This document shows, one piece after another, positions 62,111 through 64,000 of a stretch of 64,000 nt of DNA. Under the pieces are notes generated by a model. It did no database searches and was not told the origin of the DNA. It saw only the letters and a list, made by a program, of their open reading frames with translations. The DNA comes from Octopus sinensis (lineage: Eukaryota). The translations under genes were made by a program, and so were the position numbers. Every line of letters begins with the position of its first letter. Position 1 is the stretch's first letter. The stretch lies in contig NC_043022.1 in the NCBI RefSeq assembly GCF_006345805.1, positions 21,204,001-21,268,000 of the forward strand, in the 5' to 3' direction.

Positions 62111-63095
62111 GGTGTCAAGGAAACAGCTATGTTGCAGAGAAGGGGTGATAACCAACGAAAGGTTGATAGACACCTTGGATGGTAAACACTCGGGGTAAAC
62201 TTTTGGTGAATGATAATGGTAGGGGTGAAGTAAACCTAATCAATCACTTCTTTAACCCCTTTGTTATCATATTTTTGTTATCATATGCTACCTTTGTTTC
62301 AAGCAATTTTGAAAATAATAAGGAATTTGTCATTATCAAGCTGGTGCTTCGGAATTTAAATTAACATTAATTGTAGATGGATAGCTTTAATTTGGATTGC
62401 TTTAAATAGGAGGTTTATAGTACAGAGCCAGGGTTGATGTCAGGCAGGTTAATAATATTAATAATATTATGAATGAAATTTCTTAGAAGGAAACTGTTGA
62501 AGCCATTGTGTTGTGGTGGGGCGCATGCACACAGACCAGAGGAAGACAATGGTCAGAGTGACATTCCTTGGTGCCAATGCAGGTTAGTAAACAGGCTCAG
62601 TATCTTTTAGGCTTTTTCTTTTACCTGTTTCAGTCAATGAGGTCATGCTGGAGCACTGCCTTGAAGCATCTTTAATAAAATGTATCAATCCCTGCACTTA
62701 CTTTTTTAAAGTTTGGTATTTATTCTATGGGTCTCTTTTGCTGAACTGCTAAGTAACAGCAACATAAACAACACACCACACCATCCAACCTTTTGCCAGC
62801 ATGGAGAGCAGACAATAAAAGATGATGAGGATGATGATCCTTAGCATCATGAAACACTTTTTGAAACATTTCAGCAGTTATCTCCTGCACTGCTAACTGA
62901 ATGTGTTTTTTTAAGTTCACTTAAACTATTGTTCCATCCCAGGGAAAACGGAAGAGAAAACGATTGCAGCCAAACTGAAAAAAAAAAGATGTCGTTGGAC
63001 AGATAAACAGGATCCAACAGAAATGAAAACAAAATTATAAAAGGAAGTAATAAAGATTATAAAACTATAAATAAAATTTTAAATTTATACACTTT

Positions 63096-64000
63096 TATCA
63101 TATGATAAACATAAATAAAAGTGAGTTTTTAAAAAGATTGTCTGATTTCACTGAAATAGATAGTTGATTCTGGGACACCTATATATCTAGTACAGAAGAG
63201 TGTATATTTCCTACCTAACATATAATACACAGGTATGTATAAAGGCGGCGAGCTGGCAGAAACGTTAGCACGCCGGGCAAAATGCTTAGCGGTATTTCGT
63301 CTGCGTTACGTTGTGAGTTCGAATTCCGCCGAGGTCGACTTTACCTTTCATCCTTTCGGGGTTGATAAATAAAGTACCAGTTACGCACTGGGGTCGATGT
63401 AATCAACTTAATACCTATGTCAGTCCTTGTTTGTCCCCTCTGTGTTTAGCCCCTTGTGGGTAATAAAGAAATAGGTATGTATATTTCATATATAACATAT
63501 CAAGTTTATTGTAGTAAATATTCAGTATATAGCAGTATATATCTATCTACACTACATGGTATATCTGGAATTACCAAATGGGTCTGCTTTTTACAAGACA
63601 GGAAGGTGTGAGTGAGTTGAGGTGGATTTAGTTGCTATTTCTAGCAGTTCAAATGTCCATATAAATATTACCTTCCCTTCCTTTGACTCACTTATCATAT
63701 GATAAACATAAATAAAAGTGAGTTTTTAAAAAGATTGTCTGATTTCACTGAAATAGATAGTTGATTCTGGGACACCTATATATCTAGTACAGAAGAGTGT
63801 ATATTTCCTACCTAACATATAATACACAGGTATGTATATACACAGGTATGTATAAAGGCGGCGAGCTGGCAGAAACGTTAGCACGCCGGGCAAAATGCTT
63901 AGCGGTATTTCGTCTGCGTTACGTTGTGAGTTCGAATTCCGCCGAGGTCGACTTTACCTTTCATCCTTTCGGGGTTGATAAATAAAGTACCAGTTACGCA
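63096..64000. repeat. Direct duplication, about 63096-63390 repeated from 63693 to the window end
   Basis: Unique flank and SINE A copy both repeated with shared variant bases. Confidence 0.85.

Noticed and set aside
62835-62925. LKKHIQLAVQEITAEMFQKVF, like a Tc1/mariner C-terminus
   Set aside because: Too short and lacks TIRs or catalytic motifs

Overview
Repeat-rich eukaryotic DNA, about AT-rich and dense in microsatellites and SINEs. The repeat repertoire suggests an octopod cephalopod (inference, not verified). One complete protein gene is clear: LSG1 (large-subunit GTPase 1), + strand, 15 coding exons at 3202-23239, about 721 aa, with all introns GT-AG and phase-consistent. A second, unidentified spliced gene lies convergently on the - strand; its terminal exon is tandemly duplicated and one copy is frameshifted. 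The rest is transposon debris: three tRNA-headed SINE families, a (GAT)n-tailed retroposon, RTE, CR1-like and Dong/R4 LINE fragments, a mariner relic, non-autonomous Helitrons, piggyBac-like MITEs and a MITE carrying telomeric repeats. There is one 100-N gap. The most notable non-coding signal is a set of minimal type I hammerhead ribozyme motifs of the kind carried by Penelope-like elements. One lies in sense orientation in LSG1 intron 6, two lie in opposite orientation in a 589-bp palindrome, and several variant or degenerate copies are scattered through the window. Almost all entries in the ORF track are spurious translations of repeats.
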